NCBI GenBank assembly: GCA_964424315.1
Contig: CAYRIG010000001.1
Coordinates: 1-24,129, forward strand
Direction: 5' to 3'
DNA from: an uncultured Dehalococcoidia bacterium
Lineage (GTDB): Bacteria > Chloroflexota > Dehalococcoidia > Lucifugimonadales > OSU-TB39
DNA length: 24,129 nt
Shown: positions 8,075 to 16,617 of the stretch, one piece after another
How positions within the stretch are numbered: position 1 is the first letter of the stretch
Layout: every line of letters begins with the position of its first letter
Translations under genes and position numbers: made by a program
Notes under the pieces: generated by a model
Told to the model about the DNA's origin: nothing
Databases searched by the model: none
What the model saw: the letters and a program-made list of their open reading frames with translations, nothing else

Positions 8075-9510
8075 TTACAAATTTATTCTCTATAAATAAA
8101 ATTCGTTCAAAAATATCAACGTTTGGTGGATTATTTCCTGTATGTCTAGCTGTTTTTATAGCAGCTGACGACCAAACTGTTATTGCAACCATCTTTCCTC
8201 CCATAATGAAAGATTTGCAGATAAATATTTCAGATATCGACAAAGCTGCTTGGACCATAACAGGATATTTACTGGGATATATATGTATGATGCCTGTAGT
8301 CGGAAAATTATCCGATACATTTGGCCACAAACGTCTGCTTACTATCGTATTAATTGTTTTTGCCATAGGTTCTATGTTGGTTGGATTGAGTAACAATCTC
8401 GAATTTCTTGTTGCAAGTAGAATATTCCAGGCAATAGCCGCTGGCGCTACTATTCCACTAGCGATCAGTATCGCAAATACTTCATTACCAAAAAACCAAC
8501 ATCTTATTGCGTACGGGATTATAGCTGCCACTGCCGAAATTGGAGGTATTATAGGTCCTTTGTGGGGCGGAATAATAATAAATGTCCTGGACTGGCGATG
8601 GGTCTTTTGGTTAAACATACCTTTGATAATCTTGATTATTCCTATTATTTATAAGAATGTTAAACCCCATCACAAAAAAAATGAAAGTATTGACTATTCA
8701 GGTGCATTTTTTCTAACACTGGCATTAATATTTTTGACGTTATTGATTTCGAGATTACAAACCTTAAACTTAACAACTTATTTATGCAGCATATTTGCCG
8801 TATTAACTATCAGTGGCTTCATTCTTAGACAGATTATAGCTAAATATCCTTTAGTCCCCCATGAGTTGTTTTCTAAAGAATTCATTTTCGCGCATATGAC
8901 TCAATTCCTGGTTGGAATCGCACTAATAATAGGAATGGTAACTGTACCTCTTATGGCAAATACAATTTTTGAACTATCGCCCCTTCACTCAGGATTTTGG
9001 CTTTTAAGAATGACCTTAGGCGTAGCCATGGGAGCTTTAGCTGGAAGTATATTAGGCAACAAATATAGTAACCGATTTATAATTATTTCAGGATTGATTT
9101 TATCTTCACTAGGATATTGGTTCTTAGCAAACTGGAATCAAAATATATCAGAACCACTGTTAACTATACATTTATTTGTAACTGGAACAGGACTAGGATG
9201 CCTTATTGCACCGATAACTCATTCAGCTACTAATCAGGCTGGAGATTATAATCAAGGAATCGCAGCATCATTGATTAACACTACTAAATTTTTAGGGATG
9301 GCGTTAGGAATTTCTTCAATTTCAGTATGGGGAGCATATCGGTTTAAACAACTAAATTCTGATTTTACTTTATCTTTTTTAACTACTGATAGTACAGCTG
9401 TGAATCAACTAGTAACTAACGGGATGACTGTTTTAACTGAATTTTTTTTAATAGGCATGGTGGTATGTTTAATTGCAATGATACCAGCATTTTTATTAGG
9501 TCGGAATTAA
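8071..9510 (+). CDS. DHA2-type 14-TM MFS transporter, P55/Rv1410c-like
   Basis: WTITGYLLGYICMMPVVGKLSDTFG (motif A), GPLWGG, DWRWVFWLNIP, GYWFLANW, GIASA, SVWGAYRF. Confidence 0.88.
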   Translation: MITNLFSINKIRSKISTFGGLFPVCLAVFIAADDQTVIATIFPPIMKDLQINISDIDKAAWTITGYLLGYICMMPVVGKLSDTFGHKRLLTIVLIVFAIGSMLVGLSNNLEFLVASRIFQAIAAGATIPLAISIANTSLPKNQHLIAYGIIAATAEIGGIIGPLWGGIIINVLDWRWVFWLNIPLIILIIPIIYKNVKPHHKKNESIDYSGAFFLTLALIFLTLLISRLQTLNLTTYLCSIFAVLTISGFILRQIIAKYPLVPHELFSKEFIFAHMTQFLVGIALIIGMVTVPLMANTIFELSPLHSGFWLLRMTLGVAMGALAGSILGNKYSNRFIIISGLILSSLGYWFLANWNQNISEPLLTIHLFVTGTGLGCLIAPITHSATNQAGDYNQGIAASLINTTKFLGMALGISSISVWGAYRFKQLNSDFTLSFLTTDSTAVNQLVTNGMTVLTEFFLIGMVVCLIAMIPAFLLGRN

Positions 9511-9526
9511 GAATTTTATATTAAAA

Positions 9527-10315
9527 TCAGACTTTTCTATTGCTAGTAGTGTACCAAGGAAGACCATCAACGATTTCTTTTTTATAATCCGTAAATATAT
9601 TACCCCATCTAGATATCGCTATTTCCGCCACTTTTGCAAAAACCAGTCTTATCTCTTCCTCTGCACCTGGATGGGTACGCATTTCAATCACATGTCTGAT
9701 TGTACGCATATTTGCCGACCATCCGATATTTGTAGCCAAGCCCATTGGAGCCAATCTTCTAAAAGCAGAGGTTGCTTCCTTCTTAATTGTAAAACTTTTA
9801 TCTTCTTGATCTAGTTCAAACATATCTGCAAGTTCATTTTGCAGTTTACTTAACTCTTCCATCTTTGTCATATATATCTTCATTGCTTCATCATCTTCTT
9901 TTATGACTGTAGGAGCGTACCAATTAATGTCTGTAAGCCTAGCATAACGCAAACTTTCTTGAGACATTGCCGAACCTACCCGATGCCTTACCAATTCATG
10001 GGTAAAAACCCTGCTAACATCTGCAAAAAAGAAATTTGCTGTCACATGTTCAAATATTGACCCATCGCCTTTTTGAAGAGTGTTTTCTATATAATCGCTG
10101 TTAGTTTTGCGTACCCTGGTAACATTTGGATTTAATGTTGTTCCAAATGACCTATAACAACTCCTTCCATATATTTCTGTCAGTAATTCTGCAGATGATT
10201 CAGCATCTGAACTCCAATCAGGTACTCCCAAATGCTCCAACAATTGGTTAATGCCTTCTTGATTAGACTGTGTTTCTCCTAAGAGAAACACCTTCGGCTC
10301 GACTACTACACCCAT
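9527..10315 (-). CDS. thyX: FAD-dependent thymidylate synthase ThyX
   Basis: GRSCYRS, SIFEH, SRVFTHELVRHRVGSAMSQESLRY, NMRTIRH, AEEEIR. GAGGTG RBS upstream of ATG 10315. Confidence 0.93.
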   Translation of the reverse strand: MGVVVEPKVFLLGETQSNQEGINQLLEHLGVPDWSSDAESSAELLTEIYGRSCYRSFGTTLNPNVTRVRKTNSDYIENTLQKGDGSIFEHVTANFFFADVSRVFTHELVRHRVGSAMSQESLRYARLTDINWYAPTVIKEDDEAMKIYMTKMEELSKLQNELADMFELDQEDKSFTIKKEATSAFRRLAPMGLATNIGWSANMRTIRHVIEMRTHPGAEEEIRLVFAKVAEIAISRWGNIFTDYKKEIVDGLPWYTTSNRKV

Positions 10316-10417
10316 GAATTTTCACACCTCTATATACTCATTTCATAAATCAAAATTAATCATGTATATACCATACACAATTGCTTCAGACAGATTATAC
10401 ACTTGATTTGTTGAACG

Positions 10418-10446
10418 TTGACAGTATCACAAACAGGATATAGTCT
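10418..10446 (+). promoter_or_regulatory. Candidate sigma70 promoter for the SDR / GHL10-like pair
   Basis: TTGACA (10418-10423), 17 bp, TAGTCT (10441-10446). It also argues that the ORF-track TTG at 10418 is not the real start. Confidence 0.65.
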
Positions 10447-10498
10447 CAAAAAGCATATTCATCGAATTTATATAAAATCAAAAGTGCAGGAGTTAGAA

Positions 10499-11275
10499 AT
10501 GGATCTAGGTATACAAGGGAAAGTGGCATTTATCACCGGCGGCAGCAGGGGCTTGGGGAAAGCTGCTGCGATATCGCTTGCAAAAGAAGGAGCTAGGGTT
10601 GGTATTTGTAGTAGGGATGAAAATAGTGTTGCCGATACAATTGAAGAACTAAAAAGTTTAGGTTCACCGGCCCAAGGGTTTGTGGGGGATATTTCAGATT
10701 TATCTCAACTCAAAACTTTACATTCCAAAATTACTAGAGAACTAGGTGTAATAGAAATATTGGTCAATAATGTCGGTGGATCAAAGGCAAAAGGTGATTT
10801 CACCGGAACAACCCTTCAGGGTTTTCAAGCAACATTTGATTTGAATCTTTTTGGCTCATTCGAATTGATGAAACTCGTAACACCAAACATGATATCCAGA
10901 AAATGGGGTAGGGTGATTAATATAGCTTCGATTTGGGGAAGGGAATATGGTGGAAATATTTCCTATATGTCTGCTAAAGCTGCTTTAATTGCAGCCACTA
11001 AACATGCCGCAGTATCATTAGTACAGCATGGCATCCTCATTAACAGCGTAGCCCCTGGGTCAGTTGCCCATGCCCAGGGAAGCTGGGAAAAATTTCAAAA
11101 TGAGAATACTAAAGAAACTGTCGATGATTTTATAAAGAATAATCTGCCTATGGGGAAATTCGGATGGCCTGAGCCGGTTGGAGATCTAGTTGCATTTTTA
11201 TCATCTGACCGTATAGGGTTTATGGCAGGTTCTTGTATTGTAATTGACGGCGGTCAAAGTTACTCAATGTTATGA
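10499..11275 (+). CDS. Classical short-chain dehydrogenase/reductase (FabG-like SDR); substrate unknown
   Basis: TGGSRGLG, LVNNVG, catalytic YMSAK, INSVAPG, IVIDGG. Preferred start is ATG 10499 (MDLGIQGK) after AGGAG. Confidence 0.93.
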   Translation: MDLGIQGKVAFITGGSRGLGKAAAISLAKEGARVGICSRDENSVADTIEELKSLGSPAQGFVGDISDLSQLKTLHSKITRELGVIEILVNNVGGSKAKGDFTGTTLQGFQATFDLNLFGSFELMKLVTPNMISRKWGRVINIASIWGREYGGNISYMSAKAALIAATKHAAVSLVQHGILINSVAPGSVAHAQGSWEKFQNENTKETVDDFIKNNLPMGKFGWPEPVGDLVAFLSSDRIGFMAGSCIVIDGGQSYSML

Positions 11276-11311
11276 CCAATCAGTTTTATTAAACATACCA
11301 AGGAAATCTAT

Positions 11312-12781
11312 GTGAAACAACAACGGACAATCTATTTTAACGACGCCAGACATTACTATTTATTCGTGTTCGAGCCTCCAATGACATTAGAAGATGCATG
11401 CCGGCCTATAGACGAATGTTCAGGCACATCGATAGATACTTTCATTTACGGAGTAGCTAGAGCTGATGGTCTTTTTTATAATTCGAAAGCAGGAATGCAG
11501 TTCAAGCATGGCGAACATGGAACAGATTCACCTGGATTTAAGCAGGCTGCTTATTGGCGACTATGGAATAACCTACAAAGTTTAATTGATAGAGGCATAG
11601 ATCCATTATCAGTCCTTATAGATAAAGCCCATTCACAAAACATGGAGTTTTTCGCTAGCTTACGGCTAGGTGCTTACGGTGGAATCAACCCTGAATTCCT
11701 ACTGGAAAACGGGGGTGGCGGATTTTTGCACCGGGAGGTTAGAAACCATCAATCAAAGGTGTTAAAAGAACTTGCTGATGATTATCAAACTGACGGTTTG
11801 GAACTTGATTTTGCAGCCCCTCCTGCCGGAGACAGTTATTTATTGCCTGAAAATCATACACTTGAAGATAAAGGCATTATAACCGACTGGGTTTCAGAGA
11901 TATCTTCGATAGTTAAAAATCGTAATAAGCCAAAGGTTTTGGGTGCTAGAATTTACCCAACTGAAAGATTAAATTTATCTGCGGGCATCGATGTAAAAAA
12001 GATGATATCTGAAGGTTTATTAGATTATGTGACCCCAATGATATATGGATACAATATATTAGATTCTAACATGCCAATAGAATGGTTAATTGATTTAACT
12101 AAAAACTCTGATACTTCAGTTTATCCAATGCTCCAGCCAAGGTATCACGATAATGAAAATGACCTATATCAATTAGAATACGCAACCCCTGAGATGATGT
12201 ATGCGTCAGCAGCCAATTTTTATGATAAAGGTGCAGATGGACTCTATACCCATTCCCTGCAATGGCCCTTATCTGCGACAGAAACAAGGATTCTTTCAGG
12301 TATTGGCAATAAATCAGTGCTGAAAGAAAAAAATAAACATTATTTTATCAATAGAGCAACCGATATTATCTCCAAAGTGGATTATAAAACCCATCTTCCA
12401 ATCACTATTCCAATAGAAAAAATTGGCGCACCACATCCGCTAGAATTTTATATCTCTGACGACGTAGAAAACCTATCAGAAAGAATCACGGAGATTACAT
12501 TTAAAATCCGCATACATGATCTTGTCTCCGCAGACCAGATAAATCTCAATTTAAACGGGAAATCCATAATAAATGAAACCTGTAAAAGAAGTTACGGAGA
12601 TGTTAAACCATATAACCTGATGTGGCTAGAATTCACTCTGGAAAAAGTTCGCCCGTGTAAGGGAAAGAATATTCTTGAGATTATTCTAGTAGAAAGAGCG
12701 AAAGACCTTATAAGTCCTATCCGTATTGAGGACGTCGAAATAATTATTGAATATGGTTCATATCCAACAACTTCAGGTTAA
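11312..12781 (+). CDS. Uncharacterised TIM-barrel protein resembling glycoside-hydrolase-like family 10 (GHL10/DUF187), with a C-terminal beta-rich domain
   Basis: YFNDA, IDTFIY, MEFFASLR, DGLELDF, GLLDYV, GADGLY strand pattern; no signal peptide. Confidence 0.55.
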   Translation: MKQQRTIYFNDARHYYLFVFEPPMTLEDACRPIDECSGTSIDTFIYGVARADGLFYNSKAGMQFKHGEHGTDSPGFKQAAYWRLWNNLQSLIDRGIDPLSVLIDKAHSQNMEFFASLRLGAYGGINPEFLLENGGGGFLHREVRNHQSKVLKELADDYQTDGLELDFAAPPAGDSYLLPENHTLEDKGIITDWVSEISSIVKNRNKPKVLGARIYPTERLNLSAGIDVKKMISEGLLDYVTPMIYGYNILDSNMPIEWLIDLTKNSDTSVYPMLQPRYHDNENDLYQLEYATPEMMYASAANFYDKGADGLYTHSLQWPLSATETRILSGIGNKSVLKEKNKHYFINRATDIISKVDYKTHLPITIPIEKIGAPHPLEFYISDDVENLSERITEITFKIRIHDLVSADQINLNLNGKSIINETCKRSYGDVKPYNLMWLEFTLEKVRPCKGKNILEIILVERAKDLISPIRIEDVEIIIEYGSYPTTSG

Positions 12782-12784
12782 TTT

Positions 12785-13789
12785 TTATTGCGTAATGTCG
12801 GCTCTCAAATTGTTTGCCTTCAACAATTCAATGTTAACTATATTTTCAGGTGTTTTGCCAATCAAAACGTCTCCAACCTGACCTGCTGCTCGTTGTTCTA
12901 GTTCAAGTACAGCTTCCTGTGAAAAAAATGCAGTGTGAGGAGTCACTATAATATTTTCATTTTTGATTAACCTGTGATTTGTATCAGGTTTTATATCAAC
13001 CAAAACATCTACCCCTGCACCCGCAATAGTTTGCGAATTTATTGCTTCATGTAAAGCATCTTCATCAATCAATCCTCCTCGAGCGCAATTAATAAGAAAT
13101 GCATCATCCCTCATCATTCTAAATTGTTCATTGCCAAACATATTTGCAGTAGCAGGTATAAGAGGAGAATGTAAAGTGACAAAATGAGACTGCGCCAATA
13201 AATCGTCTAATTCAACTTTTTTAACTTCCAATTGATTCATAAAATTAGAGTCGATCATTGGGTCAAAAGATAAAACTTCCAGTCCAAACGCTTGTGCTTT
13301 TTTAGCTACCATCCTACCTATTCTCCCAAAACCAACAATTCCTAGCTTTTTGCCCCTTAACCTCATTATACGCATGCCCAATCCAGCATTTCCCCAACCT
13401 GATAATTTAGTATCATTATTATGCAAAACTATTTTTCTGTTCCATGCCAACAAAAGCCCCATTACATGGTCAGATACTTCGTCTACACAATAATCTGGTA
13501 CATATGTTACAATAATCCCTTGCTTCGTTGCTTCTCCCACATCAATGTTGTCAACTCCAACCCCGAACCTACCAATTACCTTACAATTTTTGGCTGAATT
13601 AACAACGTTATCTGTAACTTTGGCAAAACAAGTCAATATACCATCAACTTCTTTAGCTAGGTCTACTAAGGTATCTTCATTTCCATCAGGTGCAACTATC
13701 AACTCAATACCATATTTGGCCAATACTTTCTTCTCTGGTTCTACTGAAGGCCATACATAATCGGTAATAAGAACTTTTTTTGCCGACAT
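12785..13789 (-). CDS. D-isomer-specific 2-hydroxyacid dehydrogenase (CtBP/SerA-like)
   Basis: GRFGVGVDNID, GIVGFGRIG, TLHSPL, INCARG, VTPHTAFFS. ATG 13789 preferred (GAGGT RBS); GTG 13795 is an alternative. Confidence 0.9.
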   Translation of the reverse strand: MSAKKVLITDYVWPSVEPEKKVLAKYGIELIVAPDGNEDTLVDLAKEVDGILTCFAKVTDNVVNSAKNCKVIGRFGVGVDNIDVGEATKQGIIVTYVPDYCVDEVSDHVMGLLLAWNRKIVLHNNDTKLSGWGNAGLGMRIMRLRGKKLGIVGFGRIGRMVAKKAQAFGLEVLSFDPMIDSNFMNQLEVKKVELDDLLAQSHFVTLHSPLIPATANMFGNEQFRMMRDDAFLINCARGGLIDEDALHEAINSQTIAGAGVDVLVDIKPDTNHRLIKNENIIVTPHTAFFSQEAVLELEQRAAGQVGDVLIGKTPENIVNIELLKANNLRADITQ

Positions 13790-13817
13790 ATTCACACCTC
13801 TTTATTAATTATCATAC

Positions 13818-15431
13818 TTACATGACCATCGGATTAAATTGACACCCGTCTACAAATAAATCAAAGAAGTCTTCTGTAGTTTCAAGTTCAATATGTTCTA
13901 TATTCTTACATATTTCTTCTATTTGCGATCTCAATCTGCCCGAAAGCAGCATCTGGGTAGCCCCTTCAAGAGCTGTATTACCCACGCGATGTATATTTTC
14001 ATATCTTACATTGGCAATAAACCCAATCCTGACAGCATTTTCAACATCTATATAGTTCCCAAAACCGCCAGCAATATACATTGTCGGAATATCTTCGGCG
14101 GCTATCCCATATTCTCTTAAAACTATCTTTTGACCACAATAATTTGCAGATTTTGCCTGCGCTAATGCACTGATATCGCTTCTAGACAAAGAAAGATTAT
14201 ATTCGGGTGCAATAATAAATTCACTCAAACCATTTTCCAAGACTCCCAGGTAATTCATTTTGCCCGATTTTTTGAGTTCTGCTAGAAGATCTATCAATCC
14301 TGAACCGCAAATGCCTGTTGGTTTAACCTCAGATATTGTTTTATATTTGACTCTATCTCCCTCAAATTGAACGTGCTCTATTGCTCCATCATATGCAGGC
14401 ATCCCATATTGAATTTCACCACCTTCAAAAGCAGGGCCCGCAGGGCAAGAAGCAGCAATCATTCTATTTTTGTTCCCTACAACAACTTCTGTATTCGTTC
14501 CGACATCCACTAACATAGAAACCTGTTCGTTTTGACCCATGCCAACAGCAAGTAAATCAGCTGCCACATCTGAACCGACATGGCATCCTATTAAAGGCCC
14601 TCCATATACATTCGCTTCAGGAAACACTCGTAACCCAATTTGTTTAGCTTTTATATTTAACGCTGTGGTTGTAATTTTGTTTTGGTTAAATTCAATCTCA
14701 ACCTTTGATTTATATGGTTTTTCTCCTATGCTACTTACATCTAATCCAAAGAGAAGGTCTCTCATAGTCGCATTACCTACTACCACTATTTCATAAATAC
14801 ACCTTCTGTGGAATTTCAACTTTCTGCTCATCAACCCAATTTCAAAATTTATTGATGAAATCATCACTTTTTGTAATTCACCATTATATTCAGAGGTGTC
14901 GTATGAAATTCTATTCATTACATCGCTGCCCCCGAATTTTTGAGGGTTTTCAAAAGAAGTTATATATTTAATTTCCCCAGTTTCTAAATCCAATAAATTC
15001 ATGACCACTGTAGTGGTTCCAACGTCTATAGCTATTCCATAAATAAACCCTTTGAATTTATCTATTATTTTGCCATTGTAATAAACATTCTCTCCGCATC
15101 TTTGAGTTAAACTATCCAACTCTACTTCTCTTTTTACTGATTCAGTCAAAATTTTTGGCTGCCTGCGTAGTACATTAAACTCAACTTCAGCATTAGCATC
15201 GCCGATGGAGGCCTGACATGCTAAACGAAACCCTTCAGTCAGAAATGATTCTGCAGGCATAGGAGGGTTTAAAGAAGAGGCGCCCTTTTTAACCTCTACT
15301 ATACATTCATGACATTTCCCATTACGGCCACAGGAAGTTGGCACCCGCACATTTAAAATATCGGCATATTCAAATAAGGTTTTATTTGAAACAGATTCTA
15401 GTTTTTGATCGCTATAATTGACAGGAGCCAT
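13818..15431 (-). CDS. RACo/RamA-type ATP-dependent reductive activator of corrinoid proteins (N-terminal [2Fe-2S] plus ASKHA domain)
   Basis: CGRNGKCHEC...RLACQ ferredoxin motif; AIDVGTTT, DVGTNTE, SCPAGPAFEG, GICGSG, AGGFG, GNTALEGA. Confidence 0.92.
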   Translation of the reverse strand: MAPVNYSDQKLESVSNKTLFEYADILNVRVPTSCGRNGKCHECIVEVKKGASSLNPPMPAESFLTEGFRLACQASIGDANAEVEFNVLRRQPKILTESVKREVELDSLTQRCGENVYYNGKIIDKFKGFIYGIAIDVGTTTVVMNLLDLETGEIKYITSFENPQKFGGSDVMNRISYDTSEYNGELQKVMISSINFEIGLMSRKLKFHRRCIYEIVVVGNATMRDLLFGLDVSSIGEKPYKSKVEIEFNQNKITTTALNIKAKQIGLRVFPEANVYGGPLIGCHVGSDVAADLLAVGMGQNEQVSMLVDVGTNTEVVVGNKNRMIAASCPAGPAFEGGEIQYGMPAYDGAIEHVQFEGDRVKYKTISEVKPTGICGSGLIDLLAELKKSGKMNYLGVLENGLSEFIIAPEYNLSLSRSDISALAQAKSANYCGQKIVLREYGIAAEDIPTMYIAGGFGNYIDVENAVRIGFIANVRYENIHRVGNTALEGATQMLLSGRLRSQIEEICKNIEHIELETTEDFFDLFVDGCQFNPMVM

Positions 15432-15538
15432 TTGATTATCATTCCTTGTGAGTTTTAAATGTTAAATCAAACCACTTTTAAGCTTAAGATTTGACAAACT
15501 TTCTACACACTACGTAAGTCGAGGTTAGTATTAATTGA

Positions 15539-15784
15539 CTACACTTCCCAAGCATTACGATAATCTAACTTATCACTTCCTTTGCAAGGGAAAAGTGAAC
15601 CATCAGTGACGGATCTATCTTGATTCCTGCAACCAAATTTTGCAGTGCAATTATCGTCAGCATTTTTGTAAGGACATCGCCATTTAGAAACTTCTGTTAC
15701 ATTTAAAGCTATATTTTCATATATTGCTTCAAGCTTCTTTATGCTTTCGATATATCTATTCTTGTTTATTTTGCTAGAACTCAA
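15539..15784 (-). CDS. Small 4-Cys hypothetical protein (about 81 aa)
   Basis: C-x8-C-x5-C-x14-C (CPYKNADDNCTAKFGC...FPC). Probable start is TTG 15784, just after the corrinoid gene stop; the ORF-track start at 15847 overlaps that gene. Confidence 0.7.
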   Translation of the reverse strand: MSSSKINKNRYIESIKKLEAIYENIALNVTEVSKWRCPYKNADDNCTAKFGCRNQDRSVTDGSLFPCKGSDKLDYRNAWEV

Positions 15785-15807
15785 AGCTACATTTCCATTA
15801 GTTGAAA

Positions 15808-16539
15808 TTATTCTTGAATTGCTAAAGTTTTCGCAATTTCCACACAATCGATGGCATCTTTACCATAACCATCAGCACCCATATCATCGGCAAAGTCCTG
15901 AGTAACAGGAGCACCCCCTACCATAATCTTTACCTCTTCCCTCATCCCTTCATCTTCGAAAGCTTGTATGACTCTACCCATGTTGGGCATAGTGGTTGTA
16001 AGCAAAGCCGACATTCCCAATACTTTAGCTTCATGTTCTTGCACAGCATCGATAAATTCTTCTGGCTTTGTATCAACCCCTAAATCATGTACTACAAATC
16101 CAGCGCCCCTTAACATCATGATACACAAATTCTTCCCTATATCATGTAAGTCGCCTTTTACTGTACCCATAATCACAATACCTACAGGGGGTATATCTGA
16201 AGCTGAAAGAATTGGTTCTATATGTACCATTCCTGCTTTCATTGCTCTTGCAGAAATAAGAACCTCTGGCACAAAAATAATGTTGTCCCTAAATTTTATC
16301 CCTACAATAGCCATACCTGCTATTAAACCATCATCCATCACAGTATTAGCCGCAAATCCAGAGTTGAGAGCTTTTGAGGTTAATTGGTCAACAAGTTTAT
16401 CGTTACCTGTTATCAAAGCATATGCGATTTCCTGCATCAAGGGGTCTGTTTTCTCATACATTTCTTGGATGTGTTTTAATTCTGAAGGATTAGCAATGTG
16501 CTTCATCTCCTGCAACACACCCTCATTGACTATCGGCAT
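15808..16539 (-). CDS. Corrinoid (cobalamin-binding) methyl-carrier protein, MtbC/MttC-like (B12 cap plus B12-binding domains)
   Basis: Cap region FVPEVLISARAM; base-off/His-on motif GDLHDIGKNL; GMSALLTTTM, VGGAPVT, GADGYG. Confidence 0.95.
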   Translation of the reverse strand: MPIVNEGVLQEMKHIANPSELKHIQEMYEKTDPLMQEIAYALITGNDKLVDQLTSKALNSGFAANTVMDDGLIAGMAIVGIKFRDNIIFVPEVLISARAMKAGMVHIEPILSASDIPPVGIVIMGTVKGDLHDIGKNLCIMMLRGAGFVVHDLGVDTKPEEFIDAVQEHEAKVLGMSALLTTTMPNMGRVIQAFEDEGMREEVKIMVGGAPVTQDFADDMGADGYGKDAIDCVEIAKTLAIQE

Positions 16540-16578
16540 ATTTATACTCCAAACCTAAATCAAATTTTTCAAAATACC

Positions 16579-16584
16579 ATTATA
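16579..16584 (-). promoter_or_regulatory. Possible internal -10 box upstream of the corrinoid gene
   Basis: Perfect TATAAT on the minus strand about 40 nt before ATG 16539; no convincing -35. Confidence 0.3.
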
Positions 16585-16617
16585 CTCAACTATCGATAAA
16601 TAGTAACCTAAATGAAC

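Noticed and set aside
15478-15520. TTAAGCTTAA palindrome and plus-strand TTGACA as an antisense promoter or operator
   Set aside because: No properly spaced -10 box; short AT-rich palindromes are expected by chance.
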